A DNA stretch of 64,000 nucleotides from Hemiscyllium ocellatum (Eukaryota): positions 1,643,438 to 1,707,437 of the forward strand of contig NC_083427.1 in assembly GCF_020745735.1 (NCBI RefSeq), written 5' to 3'. The notes beneath the pieces were generated by a model. The model was not told where the DNA came from, searched no databases, and saw only the letters and a list, made by a program, of their open reading frames with translations. This document shows positions 51,173 through 62,812 of the stretch, in pieces (within the stretch, counting starts at the first letter, position 1; every line of letters starts with the position of its first letter). The position numbers and the translations under genes were made by a program.

Positions 51173-51366
51173 AAATATTATTGAAGTTTTATTCCAGTTT
51201 TCTCGGAAGTTCCCGTCGCTTAATCGAACAAATACTTTCAGAATGTTTTTCCAGCTTTGTGTTTCCTTCAATGACTCAGTTTGTAAAATTCATCCTGAGT
51301 TATTGTAACCATTATGCCACAAATGAATAAATACATTTTGTGGTAAAATTCAGTCAGCCAGTGTGT

Positions 51367-51655
51367 GGCACGGTGGCACAGTGGTTAGCACTGCTGCCCC
51401 ACAGCGCTTGAGACCCGGGTTCAATTCCCGACTCAGGCGACAGACTGTGTGGAGTTTGCACAGTTCTCCCCGTGTGTGCGTGGGTTTCCTCCGGGTGCTC
51501 CGGTTTCCTCCCACAATCCAAAGGTGGGCGGGTCAGGTGACTTGGCCATGCTAAATTGCCTGTAGTGTTAGGTAAGGGGTATGGGTAGGTTGCAGGTCGG
51601 TGTGGACTTGTTGGGCCGAAGGGCCTGTTTCCACACTGTAAGTAATCTAATCTAA
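51367..51655 (+). mobile_element. HE1-type SINE, young copy
   Basis: ggcacggtggcacagtggttagcactgctgcc head, ggttcaattcccg B-box, and ccacactgtaagtaatctaatctaa tail. Confidence 0.92.
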
Positions 51656-54600
51656 ATGGAATCTCTTTCAGTTTTATACGTGTGAAGAGCTGCTAATTGA
51701 TTTTGTTGTTGAATTCGCTCTTGGGGTGTGCGTGACACTTGTATGGTCAATGGTAATGCACAATTAATTGCCTTTGAGAAATGCTAATGAGCTCAGTATT
51801 TGAACTTGTGAAATCTATATCTTGTTGCCGTACATGCTCGTGCTTCAGAACGGGACTTCAAGTCATTGATTCAGTAAAAAGATGGAATGTGGAAAATAGT
51901 ATTCCATATCAGTGTGGTCAGAGTCTTGCATGGGACCATTCGCATTAGTGTCCCTTGTGAGTTCTTCCGTTTCAGTTCCAGACTACACAGCTCATCGGAT
52001 TGGGATTAAGGAACTTAATGTTTAAATCATCGTAAAATGGAGAGCCACAGAAAAGCACTGAGTTAGTGTCGTAGAATGTCATGCACAGCAAATCCACCCT
52101 TCAGTTCCAAATAATTAACTACAAACTGAGTACATAAAGCGATTGAATTGAATTGAATTGAATGCTTCATTTCAATGACTCGAGTGAATTCCACAAAAGA
52201 ACTGCCAAGTTTCGAAATGAAAACCATTATGTATGAATCATTCTCTCAACAATTTGGGATTACGTTTGACCACAGATTTATCGAGCCTCATGATGACAAC
52301 ATAAAGCCAAAAGTTGTGGGTGCTGCAAGTCTGGAAGTCAGAGAAACTCAGAACACTCTCTGTGGAGAAGAAAGCCGTGTTAATGTGGCGAGTCCAGAGA
52401 TCCATATTCAGCCATCAGCTTTTGGCTGAAAGAAGAGGTCAGGTCGAAAAATTCTATTATTGGTAAGTGAACACCTTGTTTCCAAAAGGCCAAGTAAAAG
52501 GGAGAAACTGATGATTCTACAAGTGACGTTATTAACCCAATAATGAATTGAGAAAATAACTGTTGACACAAGTTTCATAGAAAATTAGATTAAATCATTC
52601 ATGCAATAAAGCTTAAAAAATTTCGTGAGGCACATACTTGAAATGACCGGATGGAGTAACGGTGAAAAGATTATTTGGAATTGTTTATTATTTGACATGT
52701 CATATTTTTCCATAATGCTTTAAGGTACTGCTAATTGTCAGCATGCTACCATTTTAAAATAAATCTTTCACAGATTTATTTCATTCCTCCCGAAGTAATG
52801 TAAATGCAGCGTATTGTTAAAATAAAAACTGACATCAACAAAGAAATTGGAACTTCAGCATGTAGTGTCTGGTAATTTCAATTTAAAATTTAATGTGTAA
52901 AACTTACCGAAAAGGAAGCTGATTGATTCTTCTCTCATGTTACAATACTAACTTCGTTGGGTCCTACTCTGGAAAGCGAAATTTACTTCTTACATGTCTG
53001 GAGCATTTCAGAGAAAATGTGCTTCAGAGCTGTCGTTCTGTGAGCCCTTTCCTGTTAAAAATAAATGTATGCTCACGTTACTAAAGGGGAATCACAAGAA
53101 CTCTGAGCAGTTTGTCATGCTCAGAGCCAATTTAGTTACTTAAAAACAAACAACAAAATAACGTTATGATGAAGTTTTCTGAAATTAATACAAAGGAGTC
53201 AAGAAACAATGAGTGAAATACACTGAAAGTATTATTGATGCAAGAATCAGAATGCATCACTTTGACACTATTTCAATGGCGTGCTTTTTCTTATTCACAT
53301 GAACTTGGAAAACTGTCAGAAAATTGCTAATGCATAATACTTCCGCTAGTTTCGAGGGCTGAATGCATGGTTTCAAGTAAAATAAATTCAGGTGTATTGC
53401 TTTCACTTTTAGCTGAGCATGATCGGAATCTTTCTCTCAGTATTCATTGAAGGAAAATAAGTCGTTATCGAGTGTAGAAAATTGATGTGTTGTGGTGTCA
53501 CCAGAGTGTAGTTGGTGTTCTGTGATTAATTGATGCGTTCAGATTTGATCTGTGGAACAGTATCTTGTGTCATCAAGTGACTAACTTATGTACGTTAAGT
53601 AATATGAGCGCTTAGGAAATGCTGAAAGATATTCAAATGCTTTGGTCTGTTCTTCCATGATTTAAAATCATGTTTAACTTGAGTCTTGAATAAATTCAAC
53701 AACTTCTACAGTGTATGATGTAAAGCTATATCGCAAATATCTAGCGAACTCAGTTGTTAGCAATCCCGTAATCAACTACCTTTTGAGAGAGGTAACATCA
53801 GAGTTTGAATGGTATACGTCGTGATAACACCTTCACTACTGAATGCCCTCGATATAATTCGAGAATCACGGCCGCAAGATGAGACAGTTACTGCAAAATC
53901 TATTCGTAAGATATATCCGTTTAGATGGTTGAGATTAAATAGCTCCTCTTCGTTCTGTACTTTACAGAAGATATGCCTTGTCTCTGGAAACTGTTTGCTG
54001 CACTTTAAGTCAAAGCACAGGGAATTACTTTTTCCTTAAACTTTTAGATAGCACCTCCAAAGACAATGGAAGAACATTGACCAGAAATAATGCAACACTA
54101 GCGAAGTTGTCTATAGCAAACAAGTTACTTGCTCTGCATATCAGTCCATTTGACTCATTGCTCTCTCCATCTGTCATTTAGCATACTGTTCCTATCATGT
54201 GTAAACCGAACACTTGGCCAATAGATTCCACAGCCTACCGTCTGAAAGTATCCTACACTCTACCGTATACCTGCAAATCTGCATTTCTACTGTCTAATCC
54301 ACATACACTTGCTTTGACAGTGGAAGAACCATTGCTCCTGCAGAAGACAGAAAAATGCACAAGCTCCATGCAAGCAGTCATCCAAAGTATGAATCGAACC
54401 TTCGTCTGTCGTGTTGTTTGGCAGGATTGCCATCCTCTGAGTTGCCGACTTACTAATTGAAAAACAAAGTGGCCTTCGTCTCTTTGCACCTTTACTATAT
54501 CTTCAACGTTTTTACCTATTATCTTAATCTTTCTCTGTTCCTTCATGTCGCTCAATGCTGAACAACATGCTGTGCCTTCTAACTGGTTCACACATTATTT

Positions 54601-55394
54601 AATTGCAATAACATTGGTAAAGTGTAACGTTCTTTATTTCAAGACCAGGAATATGAGATCATCACATTTTTTTTCGGAAGAAAGAAATCCAGTTTCTGCT
54701 TCCAAATCTCACGATTTCCATTCTCAAAGTCATCATAGGTATGTGCCTCAGTCAGTATGTTCGCGGTATTCCGCATTTCGTAGCTTCAGACCCTCTCACA
54801 AACCATATCCCTCTCTCTCTCCTCCTGATACTTGTTTCTGTATCTCTTTACAATTTGCCTTCTTCACCATTCTTCAGATTCACAACCGAAGAAAATATCG
54901 GATTAAAACGCTTGAGAAAAGTGAATTAAATTTCAACAGAAGATTACACAACCCCTGCCTACTCGCCAACCAAACACAATTTACGAATGTAAATGAATAA
55001 AACCATTGTTATATCACAACACTACCTCGCTCACATATCCCCAGGAAAGTGACACGGTTGGTTTTCGTGATGAAACGCTTAAAAAAAGGAAAGGATTGCC
55101 AATCTGATATTTTTCTCTACCAAAGAAATATTTCCCTCGACTCCATATTGTAAGTTACTCCCTAATAGTCAGTATACCATCGTCATATAATTAATGTCTG
55201 CAAGTTAACATTTGTTTGCACTTCCATCTGTTTCCTGACCATATCCCTTTGTTAATCAGCCAGTCACTAGTCACTAGCCTTCCCTTGACTGTTTCTGTAA
55301 CTTTATGCAAGAACACATAAACCATAACTGATCATGCCTCAAGGCAGCCAGCCCAGCTCCTTCTGAATGCATGTAGATTTGTTTGCTTTATTAA

Positions 55395-55500
55395 CTTGAC
55401 GAACAAAGTTAAAAATCACTGAAGGTCATAGTCCAACAGGTTTATTTGGAAGCATTAGCCCTCCAAGTGCTCCTTCCTCTTCAGGTGGTTGCCGAGCATT
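55395..55500 (-). mobile_element. Short Penelope-derived terminal fragment (hammerhead-type)
   Basis: The - strand reads ccacctgaagaggaaggagc...gctaatgcttccaaataaacctgttggactatgacc, the same family as 58405-58500. Confidence 0.7.
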
Positions 55501-55849
55501 TCCACAAGACACAGAATTTACAGCAAAATATGTCAGTGGATTGCAGTTGAAATATGTTAAACCGACTTAGATTACGTCTTTCATGCTTTAGAATTGCTAG
55601 CTTTGTTTCGTTAATATGTAAATCCCAGAACCCCTTTTGAAGCCATATTCTCAAGCTGTTCTGAAAAATGTTGTCATCGCAGCACAGGCAATGAATTTAA
55701 GGCGTGAGGCAAAAGTTTTTCTATGCACTAATCTTGAGTCCGACTGGTTCTAATTGTCAAGTGGGATTTGCAAAGTCTTACATGGATTGTCTGTTGGTTT
55801 TGCATTTCTTGAGCAAAATAAAATTCAGTTCTGCAAATAAAAATCACCT

Positions 55850-56715
55850 CATAAACGTACGTGTGCGTATGTCTGCAGAGCCATTGCAAGTGTGTGCATG
55901 TGAGTGTGTACGTGTGGATGTGAGAATATGTGAGAGAGTGTGTGCTTGCATGCGTAAGCTTGGTGAACTATGTGTCTAACTGTGAAGCGGTATGAGCCTG
56001 TGAGACGGCACGTGTGTGGGTGTGTGTGTGTGCGGAGTGTGTGTCTGTGTGCATCTGAGAGAGAGTTGGTTGAAGAGAGAGAGTCTATGTTAGAGTGTGT
56101 GCATGTTTGAGTGTGGTGCGTAGTCTGGTGTGTGTGTGTGGTCGAGAGAGAGAGTGTGTGGTGCAGTGGGGTAACCTGTAGTGTGCCATGAACCCAAGGT
56201 GGCGACAGAGGCCACCCTCATGTGTTTCGGAATTGGCTATGTGTCTCTGCTCTGCTACTTTGCATTGTTGCATTTCCAGAATCCGACTTGGAGAATGGTC
56301 ACCCTCAGGTCCGCGGCCGAATATCTTGGATCACTGAAGTTGTCCCCCACTGAGGGAAGACCTTTGCTTGGTGATTGTTCTGGGTGTCCATTCACCCGTT
56401 GCTGTGGTGTCTGCTCTACCTCGCTAATGTACCATGTCTGAGGATATCTTTGCCTGCAGTGTATGAGGTAGGCAACATTGGCCGAGTAATATAAATACTG
56501 CCACATACATATTGCCTTGTGTATGTCACCTTGCGTATTTGTAGTATGCTTGTTGATACTCTGACACGTCTTGCAGCAGTTGCCGTCAGAGGGTTTTACA
56601 GTGATGTGGTCGATGATGCCCTGAAGGCTGGGCAGCTCACTGTGAACTGTTTAGGGTTTGGAATTTGCTTAAAGCCAAGAAGTGAAGGTGGGGGCAAGTT
56701 CTTGGCTAGTTTCTT
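55850..56715 (-). mobile_element. Penelope-like 3' fragment (linker plus GIY-YIG) with degenerate (CA)n tail
   Basis: The - strand reads LLGFKQIPNPKQ, NVAYLIHCRQRYPQTWYISEVEQTPQQRVNGH and KVAEQRHIANSETHEGGLCRHLGFMAHYR. The tail appears as TG-rich 55850-56165 on +. Confidence 0.85.
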
Positions 56716-57145
56716 AACTTCACGCCTTTAAACAACCACCAAACCTCGAACAGATCATTATTCGCAGCAAACTGCGCCACCTTCAGGCCAACGTTGGCCA
56801 CAACACCATACAACCGTGTCACAGCAGCCGTCCGAGATGTTTGGCCTCGGACGTTCGGGTAACCATCCGCCAATCTGGACTTCTGAACAAGCAATAATTG
56901 ACAATGACTGAGCAGAGGATGATGGCCAAGTTTGTTACGCAGAAGGATGGCCACAACCAGGATCTTGTGTTCATGTGACACTACAGATGACCTCACTGCA
57001 CTACACTCTCTCCCTTTCACTCACACACACACACACGTACACACGCATGCACGCACGAAGACACACACAGTCCTGCATACTCACACACTAACACAGACCC
57101 GCCATCACACACAAGTTCTCTCTCATTTGCACACACAGCCACATA
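56716..57145 (+). mobile_element. Second Penelope-like 3' fragment in the opposite orientation, internally deleted, with (CA)n tail
   Basis: HAFKQPPNLEQIIIRSKL...IQPCHS jumps to DVRVTIRQSG...EQRMMAKFVTQKDGHNQDLVFM*HYR, then a CA-rich run at about 57010-57145. Confidence 0.82.
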
Positions 57146-57163
57146 CCACACGTCAGTACCATG

Positions 57164-57428
57164 CTTCTTACGATTTTACAGCGACGACACAAAGACTGAA
57201 CGGTCTGTCATTGGATTCTCTATATAACATTCGAATCATTGTACAGGCTGTGCCATGAAATGATTTTGTTCTTTTCTTTCTTATAAGTAATAATGACCAT
57301 TTCCCATTAAGTGATGATTATTTCCTCTACAATCTTCGAATTAGTAAAATATTAGTAATAATGCTATCTTTTGGTATCTATCTTGCGAGAAAAACAGATA
57401 GAACAGCACAGATCACATGGAGACACCT
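57164..57428 (+). repeat. Dispersed direct repeat, copy A (about 265 bp)
   Basis: cttcttacgattttacagcgacgacacaaagactg...gatagaacagcacagatcacatggagacacct is repeated at 62546-62812. Confidence 0.92.
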
Positions 57429-57923
57429 CTCTGGTGAATCCTCTCTGCGATTCCATTGCAGTTACACATATTGACAGTATCAGAAAGTATCCCAGTGTAC
57501 ATTGAAGTATGGTAGCATTGAATCTTCTTGCACAGAGTGCATTCAAAAGTTCAATGACAGTCAGTTGAACCATGCATGCTGCACGCTCTCACAGGCTTAC
57601 ACCCCATCACACTCACCCACATATTTAACCAAGCTTACACACAAGTACACATTCTCCCACATGCATTCACACCATACACTTACTTTGTCCCTCCTGCATG
57701 CACACACATGCAATTTTATGAGGTGAAACGTGCTTTAGCAAAATTGTACGTTTTTTCTCTCAAAAATGTATAACCTACAGCCAATCAACGTAAGATTCTG
57801 TTAATTCCACTTCAGGAATATGACCAGTCTGCCCCAACATGAGGACACAACCATACTCTAACCTTACACCCTTAATGCATTATCTGAGCTGAGATGACAG
57901 CTTTTGTTAGAAAGCTCGAAGTT

Positions 57924-58230
57924 ATTAGATTTGATTAGATTACTTACAGTGCGGAAACAGGCCCTTTGGCCCAACAAGTCCACACCGACCCGCCAAAGCG
58001 CAACCCACCCATTTACCCCTTACCTAATACTACGGGCAACTTATCCTGGCCAATTTACCTAACCTGCACATCTTTGGACTGTGGGAGGAAACCGGAGCAC
58101 CCGGAGGAAATACACGCAGACACGGGGAGAACGTGCAAACTCCACACAGTCAGTCGCCTGAGTCGGGAATTGAACCCGGGTTTCTGGCGCTTTGAGGCAG
58201 CAGTGCTAACCACTGTGCCACCGTGCCGCC
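57924..58230 (-). mobile_element. HE1-type SINE, young copy
   Basis: attagatttgattagattacttacagtg tail through ccactgtgccaccgtgccgcc head; very similar to 7456-7777. Confidence 0.92.
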
Positions 58231-58404
58231 CACTAATACTGAGAATGAGTCTTAAAAGGAGTTCTGGGAGTTACATATTAACGGACAGGAGCTCGCAAAA
58301 GAATTCTGAAAGATGAAAGACTTAATCTAAGTTTGTTTAATATATTTCAGTCACATGACACTGTAACGTTTTGCTCTAAATGCTGTGACTTATGTTCCTG
58401 CTCC

Positions 58405-58500
58405 ACATCTACCTGATGAAGAAGCAGCGCTTCCAAAACTAATGCTTCCAAATGGACCTGTTAGTCTATAATCTGGTGTTGTTTCATTTCCAACTTTTTT
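58405..58500 (+). mobile_element. Short Penelope-derived terminal fragment with hammerhead core remnant
   Basis: CTGATGA at 58413-58419, then stem GAAGC-agc-GCTTC, CAAAA in place of GAAA, and gcttccaaatggacctgttagtctataatctggtgttg. Confidence 0.7.
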
Positions 58501-58939
58501 CACTCCAGTATATTATTGGATCCTCCAAATCTTGAGAAACAATAATAACATCTCAACTCAAATAAAAAAAGAAACATTTGCTTTGTCTCTGTAACTCTGG
58601 CCCTTCTCAGAAAGACCGTGCTATGCACAGAATATAAAATAACATGAAATAGACTCCTCAAGTTCATGAAATTGTGGAAGTAGCTTTTAACTCATACAGA
58701 ATCGAACTGAGATCACAAGGACATTCGGGAGAAAATTGAAAATAGTAAATGCAAGATCTGGCAATATAAACGTTTGACAAGCAATTGGATTTTCCTTTGG
58801 AATAGTTGGCGTTTTAAATCAATTATCTCTAATCACTGGCCCCAAGAATATCCATACTGAATTATCAATTTTATGAATCACAATCGTAAAGTAGGAACAC
58901 TGTAAAACTTCGCATTTTTTTTCCCTCTCTCTCAAAGAT

Positions 58940-59325
58940 CTAGACACCACTCTGATCCCTGGGATGCCAAGGCTTTCGTATGAAGGAAGACTGGGCTGAT
59001 TTGATTATTTTCACTATAGTTTAGAAGAATGAAGAATGATCTCATAGAAGTCTATGCATTTGTGATAGGCGCAGGTCAGGCACACGTAGGAAGGATGTTC
59101 TCGATGTCTCGGGAATCTAGAAACAGGATTCATAAATTTATGGTACACGTAACATGCTGAAGACTGAGATGAGTCAAAATGCTTTCTGCCAATCATGGCG
59201 AAGTTTGTCAAAGATTCTGCCACTGAAACCCTTGAGGCCAAGCGTTGAATGTTTTCAGGAACGAGTTCGATATTGTTCTGAGGATTAAAGGGTTCAGAGG
59301 GTATGGTGAGAAAGCAGGGGCGGGT
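58940..59325 (+). mobile_element. LINE 3'-end fragment
   Basis: gggatgccaaggctttcgtatgaaggaagactgg...aatgatctcatagaagtctat...gggttcagagggtatgg. Confidence 0.65.
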
Positions 59326-59344
59326 AGTTTGTTTCTTTTAAAAA

Positions 59345-59675
59345 TTGCTAAAGAGCGGAAACACACCCTTTGGCCTTGCAAATGTGCTCCGATCCTTCGA
59401 ACTGCACCCCACACAGACACCGCCCCCACCCCCATAACCCTTTCGCTGTAAGTCGACTTGTCCCATGACTAACGTACCTAACCTACACATCCCTGAACAC
59501 AATGCGCAATTTATTTGAAACAAAATGGTAAACCGTACCTCTTTCGATTGTGGCAGGAAACCAGAGAACCCAATGGAACCCGAAGCAGGCATGATGAGAA
59601 TGTGAAAACTCAACATAGGCTCTTGCCCAAGCATGGAATTGAAACCAGGTTCCTGGTGCTGCGCGATAGCAGTTG
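59345..59675 (-). mobile_element. Diverged HE1-like SINE
   Basis: gtggcaggaaaccagagaaccc...gaatgtgaaaactcaaca...ggaattgaaaccaggttcctggtgctg. Confidence 0.6.
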
Positions 59676-59749
59676 GATGAAGAACAATGACCACATTGAA
59701 TAGGGGAGAAAGTTTGAAATGCCCAATGACAAACCACTCTCCTTTTTTC

Positions 59750-61440
59750 ATTTTTATTTATTCATTTGTTGAATATATGTGTTCCTGGCTGGCCAGTGTT
59801 TATTTCCAATATCTATTGTCCGTTAGATGTTGTTGGTGAACTGCCTTCTTGAACCACAGCTGTGCAACTACTGTAGGTTTACCCAGAATGCCATGCTGGA
59901 GGGAATTCCAGGATTTTGAACCAACAACAGTGAAGGAACAGATACATACTTCCAAGTCAGATTGATGAATGGCTGGGAGGGGATTTGAAGGTGGTGGTCT
60001 TCCCATGTCCTTGTCCTTCCAGACCAAAGTGGTATTGGGTTTGGAGGATTCTGTCTGAAGACTTGTGACGAATTTCCACAGTGCATCTTGAGGATAGTAT
60101 ACTCTGCTGGTACTGATTGTTGGTAGTGAAGCGAGTGGATGCTTCAGGTTTTGTTGCCAATCAAGTAGTTTGCTTTGTTCTGGATAATGCCCAGCTTCTT
60201 GAGTGTCGTCGGGGGCTGGACCTTGTCAGGCAAGTGTAGAGTATTCCATCACACTGCTGACCTGCGACTTGTAGATTCTGAATAGGCTTTGAGGAGCCAG
60301 AGGTGAGTGACTTTTCGCAATATTCTTAGTCTTTGACCTGCTGTTGTATCAACTATGCTCATGGGGTGAATCCAGTTGAGTTTCTGGTCAATGATAAGCC
60401 CAACAATATTAATGACAGGAGATATATTGATGGCAACAGCATTGAATGTCAAGAGGCGGTGACTATATTGACTTTTACTGGTGATGATCATTATCTTGCA
60501 TTTTTGTGATACGAATGATTCTTCACAACTGTCAGCTCAGACTGCAATTTTTTTCAGATGTTATTGCGTTTGAAAATGGAATGCTTCAGTATTTGAAGAG
60601 TCATGAATAGTTCGAAAGATGTTGCAATCATCACGAACATTCCCACTTCTGGCCTAGTGATGGAGAGAAGGTCATTGATGAAGCAGCTGAAGATGTTTGG
60701 ACCAAAGTACAGTACCCTGAGGAACCTTGCAGAATTGTCTTCAACTTTAGATGACTCATATTTCACAGCCAGGAGGATTTTTTTGTGTGTTCTGTATGAC
60801 TTTACCGAGTGGAGAGTTTTCCCCTTATTTATTGAAGGTTTGCAAAGTCTCACTGATAACAAACCCGGTCGAATGCTGCATTTAGTCATCGGATGTCACT
60901 TTCACCTTAACTCTGGAATTCAGCTGATTTGCCCATTATTGAATCAAAGCCGGCATGAGATCAGGAGCTGAATGGCACCGGCTTATCCCAAACTGGGCAT
61001 GATTGAACAGGTTTTTGTTGATCAGGTGCTACTTGATTGCAGGTTGTTGGCACATTCTATCACTTTACTAATGGTTAAGAGATCAATGCTGGGAGGATGA
61101 TTAGCTATATTGGATTTTTCTAGCTTATTGTGTACAAGACATAGGTAGGCAATGTCGGGTAGACGCCAGTGTTGCAATTGTACTGGAGCAGCGAGGCTAC
61201 GGGAGTGGCAAGTTGTGGAGGAAATTTCTTCAATACTATCACCAGAATGTTTTCAGGACCTGTAGTCTTTGCAGTATCCAGTGTCTACAACCGTTTCTGA
61301 ATATGAGGTGGAGTGAATCAAATTGGCTGGGGAACACTGGAACAGGCCAAGATGAATCATCCACAAAACGCTCCTATCTGAAGGCTTTGCGAAAACTTTA
61401 GCCTTACCTTTTGCTCTGATGTGCGAAATATTAATATCAA
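59750..61440 (-). mobile_element. L2-clade LINE remnant (RT to 3' end)
   Basis: The - strand reads FGPNIFSCFINDLLSITRPEVGMF, NIVGLIIDQKLNW..MSIVDTTAGQRLRILRKVTH and FTVVGSKSWNSL. Confidence 0.85.
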
Positions 61441-62545
61441 AATAGCTAGTGGCTAATAAATGGGAATGAGCACAGACATTTTGTTTGAATGTGGGCACAG
61501 AGATCTCAAAAGGAATTACATTGAAAGCCCATGATCATTACCGCGAAAATAGTTCTCATCACTTTGCGGCTCAATGAAACATCCCTGATCATTTCAATGA
61601 AGGAAGTGAAAAGTGGGCTGACTTTGTGGACGTTTAAATCACTTTGATATGTATTCTGCCCTGAAGCAATTTCCTCCATTGCATACAAATGGAATTCTCA
61701 TCAACTATTGCGCAGAGTCTTGCAGTTTAACAGCGGCAACTCAAAGGTTATAAAGACGCTGCATGAAATTTATCTATTCATTAATGCAAGAAATTATGTC
61801 TCCATTAGCTATGCGATTGACACTGGAATCAATTTAATACCGCGAGAATACCACAAGCAAACGAGAGGCAATCTTCCGTCTATTTGATACAGAATTGTGC
61901 ACGCAGGATGAGATAATAACATGAGCTATGAATTTATTTGCCTCCCAAGATTACTTGATTCTGTTGGGGTCCGGCTATATCTATATGTGGCAATGATGAG
62001 CGAGGTGAATTAGATTTTCGTTGTGAAATGGAGACTGAATAAAAAACGGCATTGGGCTCACATTTCTACTGGGTATTACAAGGAGAGATGGGCATTAAGT
62101 TTAGTTTAGTTTTGATCGGGGGTTTTGAGAGAAGGCAGACCATTGGAGGTAATTTTTCCAGGATGCCGGACTGTGGGCTGGCGACTGAGCAATGTAGTCG
62201 TTCCCAGATATTTTTCTAGCCAATGAAGAGTGAGGGAATTGGAATCCTACTTTGTGATTGTTACAACGCCTGATGATGTATTAGGCAGTGCGGTTATTTT
62301 CAGAGTGATATTGGGTATAGGAGAGTGAGTTGAGCTCTGGAATTATTGTTCATGACTGCAAAAGAGCCGGATGTGACACAGGCTTAGTTATCATAATCTG
62401 CTTCATTAAGAAGAATCTTTCCATCAGAAGGTCAGAACTAGCAATGCCTACTTATTATTGCACAAAATTCAGCACGATCTGCGACTCCTCAGATTGTGAA
62501 GACACACGTTTGGGGCAGGTGATCCTTGACCCAGTCAGGACCAAT

Positions 62546-62812
62546 CTTCTTACGATTTTACAGCGACGACACAAAGACTGAGCGGTTTGTCATTGAATTC
62601 TCCTCATAACATTCGAATCATTTTCCAGGCAGTGCCATGAAATGATTTTGTTCTATTCTTTCTTATAAATAATAATGACCATTTGTCGTTAAACTGTGAT
62701 TATTTGCACTACAATCTTCGAATTAGTCAAACATTAGCAACAATGAGAACGTTTTTAGTATCTATCTTTCTAGAAAAAGAGATAGAACAGCACAGATCAC
62801 ATGGAGACACCT
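62546..62812 (+). repeat. Dispersed direct repeat, copy B (about 267 bp)
   Basis: Co-linear with 57164-57428, with scattered substitutions (roughly 85% identity by eye). Confidence 0.92.

Noticed and set aside
54545-55000. 151-aa ORF
   Set aside because: It has no recognisable homology and overlaps the smaller ORF discussed in findings in another frame; probably chance.
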